From positions 1-42,951 of the forward strand of contig CAZIOA010000001.1 in assembly GCA_964540835.1 (NCBI GenBank): a stretch of 42,951 bases of DNA. Direction: 5' to 3'. The position numbers and the translations under genes are program-made. The stretch comes from an uncultured Candidatus Saccharibacteria bacterium. GTDB lineage: Bacteria; Patescibacteriota; Saccharimonadia; Saccharimonadales; Saccharimonadaceae. Positions 19,023 through 26,672 of the stretch are shown piece by piece. The notes beneath the pieces are model-generated. The model saw nothing but the letters and a program-made list of their open reading frames with translations, did not search any database and was not told the DNA's origin. Position 1 is the stretch's first letter. Every line of letters starts with the position of its first letter.

Positions 19023-19409
19023 TCATGTCGTCGCCTCCTCGCCGCCGCTGATTTGAAAGTTGCCAGCCAGTACATCCGATAGTTTCCGCCGTGGCTTGAT
19101 TTTGGGCTTGATACCACGCTTGCGGTTATAGTCCTCCTTCGCCCAGCCATAGAGGTTACGGACATCTTCACCATTCAGTCCGGTCTCGTATTCAACCTGT
19201 AGGATTTTAAGTATCCTTGCCGGACTATAATCCTGGTCGATAAACTCCTGACGACGTTGCTCGTATATAGCAAAGAGGTTCACGTCGTCCCTCTGCTCAA
19301 AGTCTGCCTGAAGCTCCCTGAGGTACTTAGGTAGCTTCTTGATATAACCAAAGTCCTGCTCCTTTTTGACGGGAAAACGAGTTAACTCCGGTTGCTTCTC
19401 GGTCATCAT
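19023..19409 (-). CDS. Unknown 128-aa hydrophilic protein embedded between atpG and atpD
   Basis: The start ATG overlaps the atpG stop (ATGA). Highly charged, no TM. The last 10 codons copy the atpG 3' end (ISGGEEATT vs ISGGVEAMK). Confidence 0.6.
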   Translation of the reverse strand: MMTEKQPELTRFPVKKEQDFGYIKKLPKYLRELQADFEQRDDVNLFAIYEQRRQEFIDQDYSPARILKILQVEYETGLNGEDVRNLYGWAKEDYNRKRGIKPKIKPRRKLSDVLAGNFQISGGEEATT

Positions 19410-20275
19410 TTCATCGCCTCCACGCCGCCGCTGATTTCGGCGAGTTCCTGTGTGATCGCGCTCTGGCGGGCTTTGTTCATGGCGAGCGTCAGGTCATCGA
19501 TCAGGTCGCTGGCGTTGTCGGTCGCGTTTTTCATGGCGAGCATACGCATGATGTACTCGCTGGCACGGGCTGTAAGCAACGCGTGGTACACTTGCGCCTC
19601 GACGAGACGATACGTCACAGCAGCCAGCACTTCCTCGGCACTTGGCTCAAATGTCGCTTGGCGGACAGCTTCGCTCACCTCGGTTTTTTCAAACCCGGCT
19701 GGCAATATACGCTGCACCGTCGCCTCTTGCTTGACGGTCGAAACAAATTCGGTAAACACGATATCGACAGCATCGACGTCGCCGTTCTCAAACGACTCTA
19801 CCGCAGCGTCGACAATCGCGCGCAGCTGGTTACCGGCTGGATCGTCGGGCAGATCCTGGTATGCGGCAGTAACCTGTGTGTCTTTGAGCCTTGAAACGAA
19901 ACGGTTAGCACGACGACCGACGGCTATGGTTTGGTTTTTTATGCCAGCCGCATCGTCGTCGAGCAACTGTCGGGCGTAGAGTTTGAGTACGTTGGCATCG
20001 TATGCACCAGCAAGACCTTTGTCAGTCGCAATGACGATGAGCATGCGGCTTTTGATCTTGTCGCGCCTTTGAAACAGCGGATGTCGATCAGTTTCGCCCT
20101 GCGCAGCAAGGTGGGTCAGGATCTCACGTGCAGCGGTCGTGTATGGACCTGATGCTTTTTCGGCTTCCTGAGCCTTGCGCATCTTGCTAGCTGCCACAAG
20201 TTGCATGGCCTTGGTAATCTGCTTGGTCGATTTGACCGAGCGGATACGGGTTTTGAGCGCGCGGGTACTAGGCAT
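19406..20275 (-). CDS. atpG: F1 ATP synthase gamma subunit
   Basis: MPSTRALKTRIRSVKSTKQITKAMQLVAASKMRKAQ N-terminus and ITQELAEISGG C-terminus are typical of gamma. Confidence 0.95.
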   Translation of the reverse strand: MPSTRALKTRIRSVKSTKQITKAMQLVAASKMRKAQEAEKASGPYTTAAREILTHLAAQGETDRHPLFQRRDKIKSRMLIVIATDKGLAGAYDANVLKLYARQLLDDDAAGIKNQTIAVGRRANRFVSRLKDTQVTAAYQDLPDDPAGNQLRAIVDAAVESFENGDVDAVDIVFTEFVSTVKQEATVQRILPAGFEKTEVSEAVRQATFEPSAEEVLAAVTYRLVEAQVYHALLTARASEYIMRMLAMKNATDNASDLIDDLTLAMNKARQSAITQELAEISGGVEAMK

Positions 20276-20615
20276 CCTTAACCTCCCGAGCTACTTTACC
20301 AAGTGCTTCCTGTTTTGCGCGTCTTTGATTCTTTAGAAATTTATGAGATGGAACCGGAGTGTACTTTGAGTAAACGCCACTCCGACGCATAAGCCGCTCC
20401 GTAGCTGTCACTCGTTTTACCTCATCAGCTGTGTCTGTGTTATCTATCGCGCTAAACACCGCGCGTGCAGCTTGTCGATCAGCCAGTGTTTCATCGATAT
20501 CATCATTGGCCGCAGGCGCCTCGCGGTTCACGCGTCCACGTGCAAGCAGATCGGCATCAGCGCGGGCCCATCCGTCCAGCATTTCCATACTTTCGTCCGA
20601 CAAGTGTTCGGTCAT
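20268..20615 (-). CDS. Unknown 115-aa acidic/basic protein embedded between atpA and atpG
   Basis: Starts 3 nt after the atpA stop and overlaps the atpG start by 8 nt. No TM and no recognisable motif. Confidence 0.55.
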   Translation of the reverse strand: MTEHLSDESMEMLDGWARADADLLARGRVNREAPAANDDIDETLADRQAARAVFSAIDNTDTADEVKRVTATERLMRRSGVYSKYTPVPSHKFLKNQRRAKQEALGKVAREVKDA

Positions 20616-20618
20616 TGT

Positions 20619-22154
20619 CTACCCTTCGAATCCTTTCGCTACAGCTACGGCGACTTTCTCGAGCAATTTGGCTGTTTTGGAATCGTCAGTTATCTTTTCG
20701 TCGCCCTTGTTGAGTTCCTGCATGTCCTTTTTGTGGTCGGTCCATAGGCGAGTGAGTAGGGCAGTCTGCGCGTCCTTGATCTTGCTGACGGCAACTTTGT
20801 CGAACGCACCGCTGTTGACCGCGTAGATAGAAGCGACTTGCTCCCAAACGCCAAGAGGACTGTACTGAGGCTGCTTGAGCAGCTCTGTCAGGCGCTGACC
20901 GCGCTCGATCTGGCTCTTGGTCGCTTCGTCCAGGTCGCTACCGAACTGCGCAAATGACGCAAGTTCGCGGAACTGTGACAGGCCAAGTTTCAGGTGAGAG
21001 CCAACGGATTTGACAGACTTCGTCTGCGCGTCACCACCGACACGGCTCACAGAAAGACCTGCCGAGATAGCTGGGCGGATACCCTGGTTGAAGAGGTCTG
21101 TCTCCATGAAGATCTGACCGTCGGTAATAGAGATAACGTTGGTCGGAATGTATGCAGAAATGTCACCAGCCTGCGTCTCGATGATAGGCAGTGCAGTGAG
21201 TGAACCTGCGCCCAGGTCGTCAGACAATTTCGCAGATCGCTCCAGAAGGCGAGAGTGTAGATAGAAGACGTCGCCAGGGAAGGCTTCGCGTCCCGGTGGG
21301 CGGCGGAGCAGCAGTGACATCTGGCGGTAGGCGACAGCGTGCTTGGTTAGATCGTCGTAGATGATGAGCGCGTGTTTTTTGTTGTCGCGGAAGTACTCGC
21401 CCATGGCAGTACCAGCGTATGGCGCCAGGTAGAGTAGGGAGGCGGGGTCAGACGGACCAGTCGCGACGATGATGGTTTGATCCATCACGCCTTCTTCTTT
21501 CAATCGTTCGACGAGGCGGGCGATTTTCGACAGTTTCTGGCCGACAGCGACGTAAATGTTGACGACGCCGGTCTTTTGGCGGCCTTGGTTGATCATGGTA
21601 TCGATCGCGATAGCCGTCTTGCCAGTCTGGCGATCGCCGATAATAAGCTCACGCTGGCCACGACCGATAGGGAACATCGCGTCGATCGCCATGACACCGG
21701 TCATCATAGGCTCGTGGACGTGCTTACGACCGAGGACGCCGATCGCTTCACGTTCAACCAAGCCTCGGTGTTTGGTCTTGATAGCAGGACCGCCATCGAG
21801 CGGACGACCAAGCGGATCAACCACGCGGCCGAGGAGCTCTTCGCCCACGGGAACGTCCAGAATCGTGCCCTTGAGCGTCACTTTCGCGCCAGCTGCAACC
21901 TCTTCATCGCTGCCCAACAGCACGGCACCGATTTCGTCTTCGTTCAGGTTCAAGGCAAATGCTTCGACCGTACCGCTCTTCGTTTCGATAAGCAACACTT
22001 CGCTCGCACCGGCACTGCGAAGGCCGTACACCCAAGCCACGCCGTCACCGACGCGGGTGACGATACCGACGCTTTCCAAATCGCCAGATACTTCGAGTGC
22101 GGCAATCGCATCGCGGAGATCCTTGCTGAGTTCTGTAACTGTTAATTCTGCCAT
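20619..22154 (-). CDS. atpA: F1 ATP synthase alpha subunit
   Basis: Walker A GDRQTGKT; 511 aa; typical alpha sequence throughout. Confidence 0.95.
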   Translation of the reverse strand: MAELTVTELSKDLRDAIAALEVSGDLESVGIVTRVGDGVAWVYGLRSAGASEVLLIETKSGTVEAFALNLNEDEIGAVLLGSDEEVAAGAKVTLKGTILDVPVGEELLGRVVDPLGRPLDGGPAIKTKHRGLVEREAIGVLGRKHVHEPMMTGVMAIDAMFPIGRGQRELIIGDRQTGKTAIAIDTMINQGRQKTGVVNIYVAVGQKLSKIARLVERLKEEGVMDQTIIVATGPSDPASLLYLAPYAGTAMGEYFRDNKKHALIIYDDLTKHAVAYRQMSLLLRRPPGREAFPGDVFYLHSRLLERSAKLSDDLGAGSLTALPIIETQAGDISAYIPTNVISITDGQIFMETDLFNQGIRPAISAGLSVSRVGGDAQTKSVKSVGSHLKLGLSQFRELASFAQFGSDLDEATKSQIERGQRLTELLKQPQYSPLGVWEQVASIYAVNSGAFDKVAVSKIKDAQTALLTRLWTDHKKDMQELNKGDEKITDDSKTAKLLEKVAVAVAKGFEG

Positions 22155-22163
22155 TTTTGCTCC

Positions 22164-22553
22164 TTATATCTTGCTTGCTTTCAATTGATTCAGTCGACGC
22201 CTCAGTGTCGTATCCAGCTCGCGGCCAGCCGCGCTCACGCGCACGCCTCCCAGTAAGCTATCATCGACGGACTCTCGCATCACCACACGCTCGGCGTTCA
22301 TGGTTTGCGCCAAAAATGAAGCAATCGCGTTCTTCGTATCATCACCAAGCTTCCGACTGCTGTGTAAATCAGCCACGACGAGACCTCGTTCAGCAAGCGC
22401 AGCCTCTATGTCGCGAACAATCAAATCCATTTCGTTCTCGCGGTGCGTCTCAGTCAAGTATGCCGCCAGTTGTTTGATGACATTACGGCCAGCCAATAAC
22501 TCGTCAGCACAATACGCCGCGATTTTGCGTCGGGACAACTTGGCTCCAGCCAC
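22164..22553 (-). CDS. atpH: F1 ATP synthase delta (OSCP) subunit, short form (129 aa)
   Basis: Position between atpF and atpA. C-terminal DDSLLGGVRVSAAGRELDTTLRRRLNQLK matches the delta C-terminal pattern. About 50 aa shorter than usual. Confidence 0.75.
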   Translation of the reverse strand: MAGAKLSRRKIAAYCADELLAGRNVIKQLAAYLTETHRENEMDLIVRDIEAALAERGLVVADLHSSRKLGDDTKNAIASFLAQTMNAERVVMRESVDDSLLGGVRVSAAGRELDTTLRRRLNQLKASKI

Positions 22554-23095
22554 TACGCTTGCTCCTTGATTGCCGCGGCAATGATTTTTTTGTCGACGCT
22601 CTCGCTTACTGTTTTGCCGACGACCTTTTCGGTTGCAAGAGCAACTAGTTCAATCGTGTCGTTGTGTAGCGTCTTGCGAGCAGCGATAACGTCTTTTTCA
22701 AGCTGCTCATGTGCGTCCTTGACGATCTTGTCCGCGCGAGCCTTGGCTTTTTCTTCGCTTGCCGCGATCATGGCATTTGCCTCGTCTTTGGCCGTCGCGA
22801 CGATATCCTTTGCTTCGGCGCGCGCTTCTTTGAGCAGCTTGGCTATATCGTCTTGAGCGGACTCTGCTTTGGCTTCAGCTTCCTGAGCAGCTTTGACGCT
22901 TTCCTCGATTTTTGCCTGTCGGTCGTCAACTGCCTTGATTAGTATCGGAAAAACCCATTTACCCAGGACAAACACGAGGATCAGAAACGCGATGGCTTGA
23001 AATAGCAGCATCTGACCATTGATGCCCAATGAGCTAAGGATGTCGCCTGAAGCGCCCTGTTCCGCAGCTGCAAAATTATATAGAAGATTCGTCAT
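22553..23095 (-). CDS. atpF: Fo ATP synthase b subunit
   Basis: Single N-terminal TM (LLFQAIAFLILVFVLGKWVF) plus a long A/E/K-rich helix. Operon position. Confidence 0.9.
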   Translation of the reverse strand: MTNLLYNFAAAEQGASGDILSSLGINGQMLLFQAIAFLILVFVLGKWVFPILIKAVDDRQAKIEESVKAAQEAEAKAESAQDDIAKLLKEARAEAKDIVATAKDEANAMIAASEEKAKARADKIVKDAHEQLEKDVIAARKTLHNDTIELVALATEKVVGKTVSESVDKKIIAAAIKEQA

Positions 23096-23115
23096 GCAAC
23101 TCCTTTTATATCTAT

Positions 23116-23334
23116 TTAGCCTGCGACCGCGCGCGCGATAAACGCGACGACGATACCGATGATAGCCAGTGAGTCAGCAAAGACGATGGCGGTGATCATC
23201 AGCGTGCGGATTTCACCAAGTTTTTCTGGGTTTCGACCAAAAGCACCAAGCGCTCCGCCACCGATAACACCGATACCTACTGCCGCGCCTAGTGCTGGAA
23301 GGGCATAAGCTAAGACAAATGCTAACTGCTCCAC
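23116..23334 (-). CDS. atpE: Fo ATP synthase c subunit
   Basis: 72-aa two-helix hairpin with GxGxGxG-like packing motif (VGIGVIGGGALG), a polar loop (RNPEK) and a carboxylate in helix 2 (FADSLAI). GTG start 8 nt after AGGAG. Confidence 0.9.
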   Translation of the reverse strand: MEQLAFVLAYALPALGAAVGIGVIGGGALGAFGRNPEKLGEIRTLMITAIVFADSLAIIGIVVAFIARAVAG

Positions 23335-23383
23335 AATATTTTCTCCTTTAGTTTATTACTTTAAATTATATATTATATCGTTA

Positions 23384-23507
23384 CAACCTGCACATTTGAG
23401 TGCAGTTCGGGATGAAAAGCGAGCACCGCAGCGAAGACGTACACAAAACGTACGGCGAAGCGAGGAGACGGAGCTTTACATCCGAAATGCGCCAAATGTG
23501 AAGGTTG
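23384..23507 (+). repeat. Palindromic repeat element, divergent short copy D (atpB-atpE spacer)
   Basis: Closing stem CAACCTGCACATTTG/CAAATGTGAAGGTTG (14 of 15 paired) and GGATGAAAAGC/GCTTTACATCC. The central GCACCGCAGCGAAGACGTAC-acaaaac-GTACGGCGAAGCGAGGAGACGGAG aligns with the left half of copies A-C. Confidence 0.6.
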
Positions 23508-23511
23508 AACA

Positions 23512-24366
23512 TCATTCTGTCTGGACAGCCGCTTTGTTACGGATATCAGCAGATGAATGATCGTCAGAAGTGATGTCGTGCGCATCCTCAAGCACCGTGT
23601 GGCTCTCTACTGCCAGTGCCGTGAAGATAACGGTCAGGATAAAGAACACGTACGCCTGGACAAAGCCGATAAACAGCTCAAATAGCAGGAATGGCGGCAA
23701 CGCGACGACAGCGACGTAACTCGTCAAGACTCCAATGATGACGAGGAGGATCTCACCAGCGAAACAGTTGCCAAACATTCGGACGCTCAGCGCCGCGTAT
23801 CGTGAGAATTCTCCGATAAACTCAAGGACACCTTCGAAAGATCCGATCGGATCCTTGATCGGATTGCGGAAGTATCGTTTCAGGCTGCCAATGGGACCAT
23901 GCACGCGCAACGCGTAGTATTGCACCATGATCAGCACGATGATCGCGACCGCAAACGTGAAGTTCAGATCAGCCGTGATCGCGCGAAGTACTGGCGCATC
24001 GTTCCAAAAGATCGAGTCGAGTCCCGGCAACACGCTCATCCAGTAACCAGCCAGCATGAAGAAGAAGATCGTCAATGCAAGCGGTGCGACCTGGCGAGCG
24101 ATCTTTTGGTCTGGGATGACGCTATACACCTGACCGAGCATGCCTTCAAACGCCCACTGCACGAGTCCGACGAAACGATTATAGCGACCGTTTTTGACCA
24201 TGTAGGCGACGTAGCCTAGCACGCCAAAAAGCACGATGAGACTCAGTCCGCCAGTCAACAATGAGTTCGTGATCGGAAACCCGCCGATACTAAACAACTC
24301 TTGTGAAGCGACGTGGATCTCGATCCCGCCTGACGTAGACGCAAAATTACTCAACATACTCATCAT
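23512..24366 (-). CDS. atpB: Fo ATP synthase a subunit
   Basis: Multi-pass membrane protein with a conserved-Arg region (YAALSVRMFGNCFAGE) and an acidic C-terminal extension of about 35 aa. Confidence 0.9.
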   Translation of the reverse strand: MMSMLSNFASTSGGIEIHVASQELFSIGGFPITNSLLTGGLSLIVLFGVLGYVAYMVKNGRYNRFVGLVQWAFEGMLGQVYSVIPDQKIARQVAPLALTIFFFMLAGYWMSVLPGLDSIFWNDAPVLRAITADLNFTFAVAIIVLIMVQYYALRVHGPIGSLKRYFRNPIKDPIGSFEGVLEFIGEFSRYAALSVRMFGNCFAGEILLVIIGVLTSYVAVVALPPFLLFELFIGFVQAYVFFILTVIFTALAVESHTVLEDAHDITSDDHSSADIRNKAAVQTE

Positions 24367-24644
24367 TAATTACCGCTACTTTGCTCGTTTGCTTTCTTAT
24401 ATTGCTGCCTGACTAGCAGTGTCGTCACGACGATACCCACCGCCAGGCCGCCGACCGCGTACCATGGCTCAGTATCTGCCATGCTATCGATCCAGAGACC
24501 CAGGAGCGCCCCTCCGAGCGTAGGGACAAACATCCGCCACGTCGTATCCGCCGCTATCATGAACAATAAAACAACCGCTGATTTTTGTGGCGGTGTCTCC
24601 TTGTCGTCGCTTTTTTTCGCAGCGGCAGCGCTCATTACTAACAT
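24366..24644 (-). CDS. AtpZ/AtpI-like small membrane protein at the head of the atp operon
   Basis: 92 aa with two predicted TMs; overlaps the atpB start by 1 nt. TTGTCA-17-TACAGT promoter directly upstream on the minus strand. Confidence 0.6.
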   Translation of the reverse strand: MLVMSAAAAKKSDDKETPPQKSAVVLLFMIAADTTWRMFVPTLGGALLGLWIDSMADTEPWYAVGGLAVGIVVTTLLVRQQYKKANEQSSGN

Positions 24645-24710
24645 ACTGTAACAGAGAAAATTTTAGTTGACAAGAGGACTGTGCCGGTTTATTTGAGATA
24701 CAATTGAGCT

Positions 24711-24917
24711 ATGCCTCGCAGAAACCATAAACCACCTAAATATATTCGCTACAGCCCACCTATGAACGAACGGGCAAAGACCCGTTATCGCAACAAGAAA
24801 GACGCCGAAAAGGCAGCTGAGATGCAGATGTTGATCGTACCAAGCCTAGAGTTGACGGTCTACCAGGGAATAGATGGTGGATGGTATCTGACTCGCCGCA
24901 AAAATTCTCATGATTGA
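24711..24917 (+). CDS. Small basic hypothetical protein (68 aa)
   Basis: TACAAT box ends 6 nt upstream of the ATG. K/R-rich N-terminus. No motif recognised. Confidence 0.45.
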   Translation: MPRRNHKPPKYIRYSPPMNERAKTRYRNKKDAEKAAEMQMLIVPSLELTVYQGIDGGWYLTRRKNSHD

Positions 24918-25004
24918 CTTTTTTGCCACTAGATACTATGATTTAGGCACTTCATGGCGGTGGGGCAGAAGTACATTGACAAGCAGACAGACACAAGGTG
25001 AGTT

Positions 25005-25198
25005 ATCGCTGCGCCACTTCGCGCGCACCGGTATCTCATCTTGTGTTGGTAAGAATACACAAGCGGGGGAGACCCCGAGGACAATCGCCTGTGAGAACCG
25101 GAAGGAAGCGCGATGCGAATCGCAATCCCAAAGGGCCGGGCGATAGTCTCGGTCAAAACACGCCAATTCGATACCGAAAGGAATGGGGTCTGACAATC
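25005..25198 (+). promoter_or_regulatory. Structured GC-rich 5' leader of the acyl-CoA dehydrogenase gene (candidate cis-regulatory RNA, unclassified)
   Basis: Hairpins CTTGTGT/ACACAAG (25040/25057), CGGGG-GAGA-CCCCG (25064-25077) and GCGAT-GCGA-ATCGC (25110-25123). Long-range helix CCGAGGACAATCGCC (25075-89) with GGCGATAGTCTCGG (25139-52). No SD in front of the ATG at 25199. Confidence 0.35.
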
Positions 25199-26494
25199 AT
25201 GGCCGACAACATTTTTACCCTGTTAAGTCCAGATCAGTTGGAACTGCTGGAAGATGCAGGCAAGGAAACGGCAACATTCTCCATGGAACCTCCGGAGTTC
25301 GCGTCCACTTGGGCCCAATTTGTCGGCGATTTCGCCGACAGGGTGATTGTTCCCGTTGCCCGTGACTACGACGAGCGGGAGGCGTTCCCGATCGAGGTTG
25401 TGCAGGAGGCAGCGAAGGAGGACATTTACGGCATCCTGCCGCTGCTACTCGCCCAGGCTGAAAAGTCCGGTCTCTTCTTGCCGGAGATGGTGAGGGCGCT
25501 GTTCAAACGCGATCCGGGGTGCGGCATGGCGATCATGGGCTCGGCACTCCCTGCCGCTGCAGTCCAAGCCAACGGCACTCCCGAGCAAATTCTGGAGTGG
25601 GTGCCGCAGCTGTATGGCACCAAAGAGGACATCAAGATCGGAGCGCTCTGTGTGACCGAAGAGGGTGCTGGCTCGGATGTGTCGAAGCTGCGAACTCGAG
25701 CAGTACGCGACGGCGACGATTGGGTCATCACCGGCAACAAGATGTTCATCACCAACGGCTCGGTGGCCGACATGTATGTCGTCGTGGCAACTGTCGATCC
25801 CGAACTAGGGGCTCGCGGTCACGCCAGCTTCATGGTGCCGCGAGACACCAAGGGTGTGGAGCCGGGCAAGAAATCCGACAAATGTGGGATCAAGGGCAGT
25901 GACACGTCACCGGTGTACTTCGATAACGTGCGCATCCCTCGTGAAAACCTGTTGGGTGGAGAGGGTGCGCTCGAGGATAGGCTCGCCAAGGCTCACGAAG
26001 TACAGAAAAACCCGAACGCCCACAGTGGTGGCAAAAATCCCGCCATGGCGACCTTCGAGGCAACTCGCCCTCTAGTGGGGGCGATGGCAGTCGGTGTCGC
26101 CGAAGCTGCGCTGGAGTATGTGATAAACTACGCCAAGACACGCGAAGTTTTCGGCTCAACACTCGACGCCAAGGAGATCACCGCGGTGAAGTTTGCCAAT
26201 ATGGCCACGGAGATCGAATGCTCCCGGCTGTTGGTCTGGCAAGCTGCCTGGATGGCGAAAAACGGCAAGAAGTTCACGCGAGCCCAAGGCTCGATGAGCA
26301 AGCTGAAGGCAAGCGAGACTGCCGTGAACGTGACTCTGGAAGCCATCCAGATCATGGGCGGTTACGGCTTCATGCGTGAGCATCCCGTCGAGCGGTGGCA
26401 CCGCGATTCGATCATCATGAGGATTTTCGAGGGCACCAGCGAGATCCAGCAGCTGGACATCGCCGGAAAGCTCACGGGTCAACGTGTCCGCTAG
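25199..26494 (+). CDS. Acyl-CoA dehydrogenase family protein
   Basis: EEGAGSDVSKLRTRAVRDGDDWVITGNKMFITNG and RIFEGTSEIQ are typical ACAD blocks. The ORF track starts at 24998, but the first 67 codons are low-complexity leader; MADNIF at 25199 is the likely start. Clearly higher GC than neighbours (55-68% in 60-nt samples I counted). Confidence 0.85.
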   Translation: MADNIFTLLSPDQLELLEDAGKETATFSMEPPEFASTWAQFVGDFADRVIVPVARDYDEREAFPIEVVQEAAKEDIYGILPLLLAQAEKSGLFLPEMVRALFKRDPGCGMAIMGSALPAAAVQANGTPEQILEWVPQLYGTKEDIKIGALCVTEEGAGSDVSKLRTRAVRDGDDWVITGNKMFITNGSVADMYVVVATVDPELGARGHASFMVPRDTKGVEPGKKSDKCGIKGSDTSPVYFDNVRIPRENLLGGEGALEDRLAKAHEVQKNPNAHSGGKNPAMATFEATRPLVGAMAVGVAEAALEYVINYAKTREVFGSTLDAKEITAVKFANMATEIECSRLLVWQAAWMAKNGKKFTRAQGSMSKLKASETAVNVTLEAIQIMGGYGFMREHPVERWHRDSIIMRIFEGTSEIQQLDIAGKLTGQRVR

Positions 26495-26637
26495 CACCGC
26501 CGTCACAACAACTGAATAACGATTTCATGCGAAGTGATAGGTGGGCGGCTCAGTATTCTTACCCCGTCTGCTTGTCACTTTCGCTTCCGTGACTGCGTGG
26601 TCGCGCTGAAGAGTCCAAAAGGACGAAAAGCGAAATA

Positions 26638-26666
26638 TTGACGTATAGTCTCAAGAGGACTACTAT
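26638..26666 (+). promoter_or_regulatory. Promoter of 26673..27836 (leaderless type)
   Basis: TTGACG, 17-nt spacer, TACTAT; the ATG begins 7 nt after the -10 box. Confidence 0.6.
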
Positions 26667-26672
26667 TCACGC

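Noticed and set aside
20268-20660. C-terminus of the 115-aa inserted ORF (..LGKVAREVKDA) as a duplicate of the AtpA C-terminus (..[14 protein letters not shown]), parallel to the atpG case
   Set aside because: The peptide resemblance is short and the DNA sequences do not align convincingly, unlike the 29/32 match at the atpG junction.
19392-22188. Long plus-strand ORFs antisense to the atp genes (for example 19392..19979, 21477..22145, 21556..22188)
   Set aside because: These are shadow ORFs opposite highly conserved ATP synthase genes. Their compositions are skewed (Ser/Ala/Arg-rich) and no start signals are present.
25098-25109. CCGGAAGGAAGC, a 12-nt match to the most conserved SRP (4.5S) RNA helix-8 motif as I remember it, suggesting an ffs gene
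   Set aside because: The flanks do not form the long hairpin with symmetric and asymmetric loops (ACC-GGAA-GGA gives an A.A mismatch). The 3' side folds into separate small hairpins. The match sits in the leader of a probably acquired gene. An Rfam scan should still be run.
24671-26661. 10-nt direct repeat CAAGAGGACT at 24671-24680 and 26652-26661, bracketing the small basic ORF plus the ACAD islet (possible target-site duplication or att sites)
   Set aside because: A single 10-mer pair is expected many times by chance in 43 kb. Both copies overlap promoter elements, and no integrase or transposase is present. Noted only as a lead.
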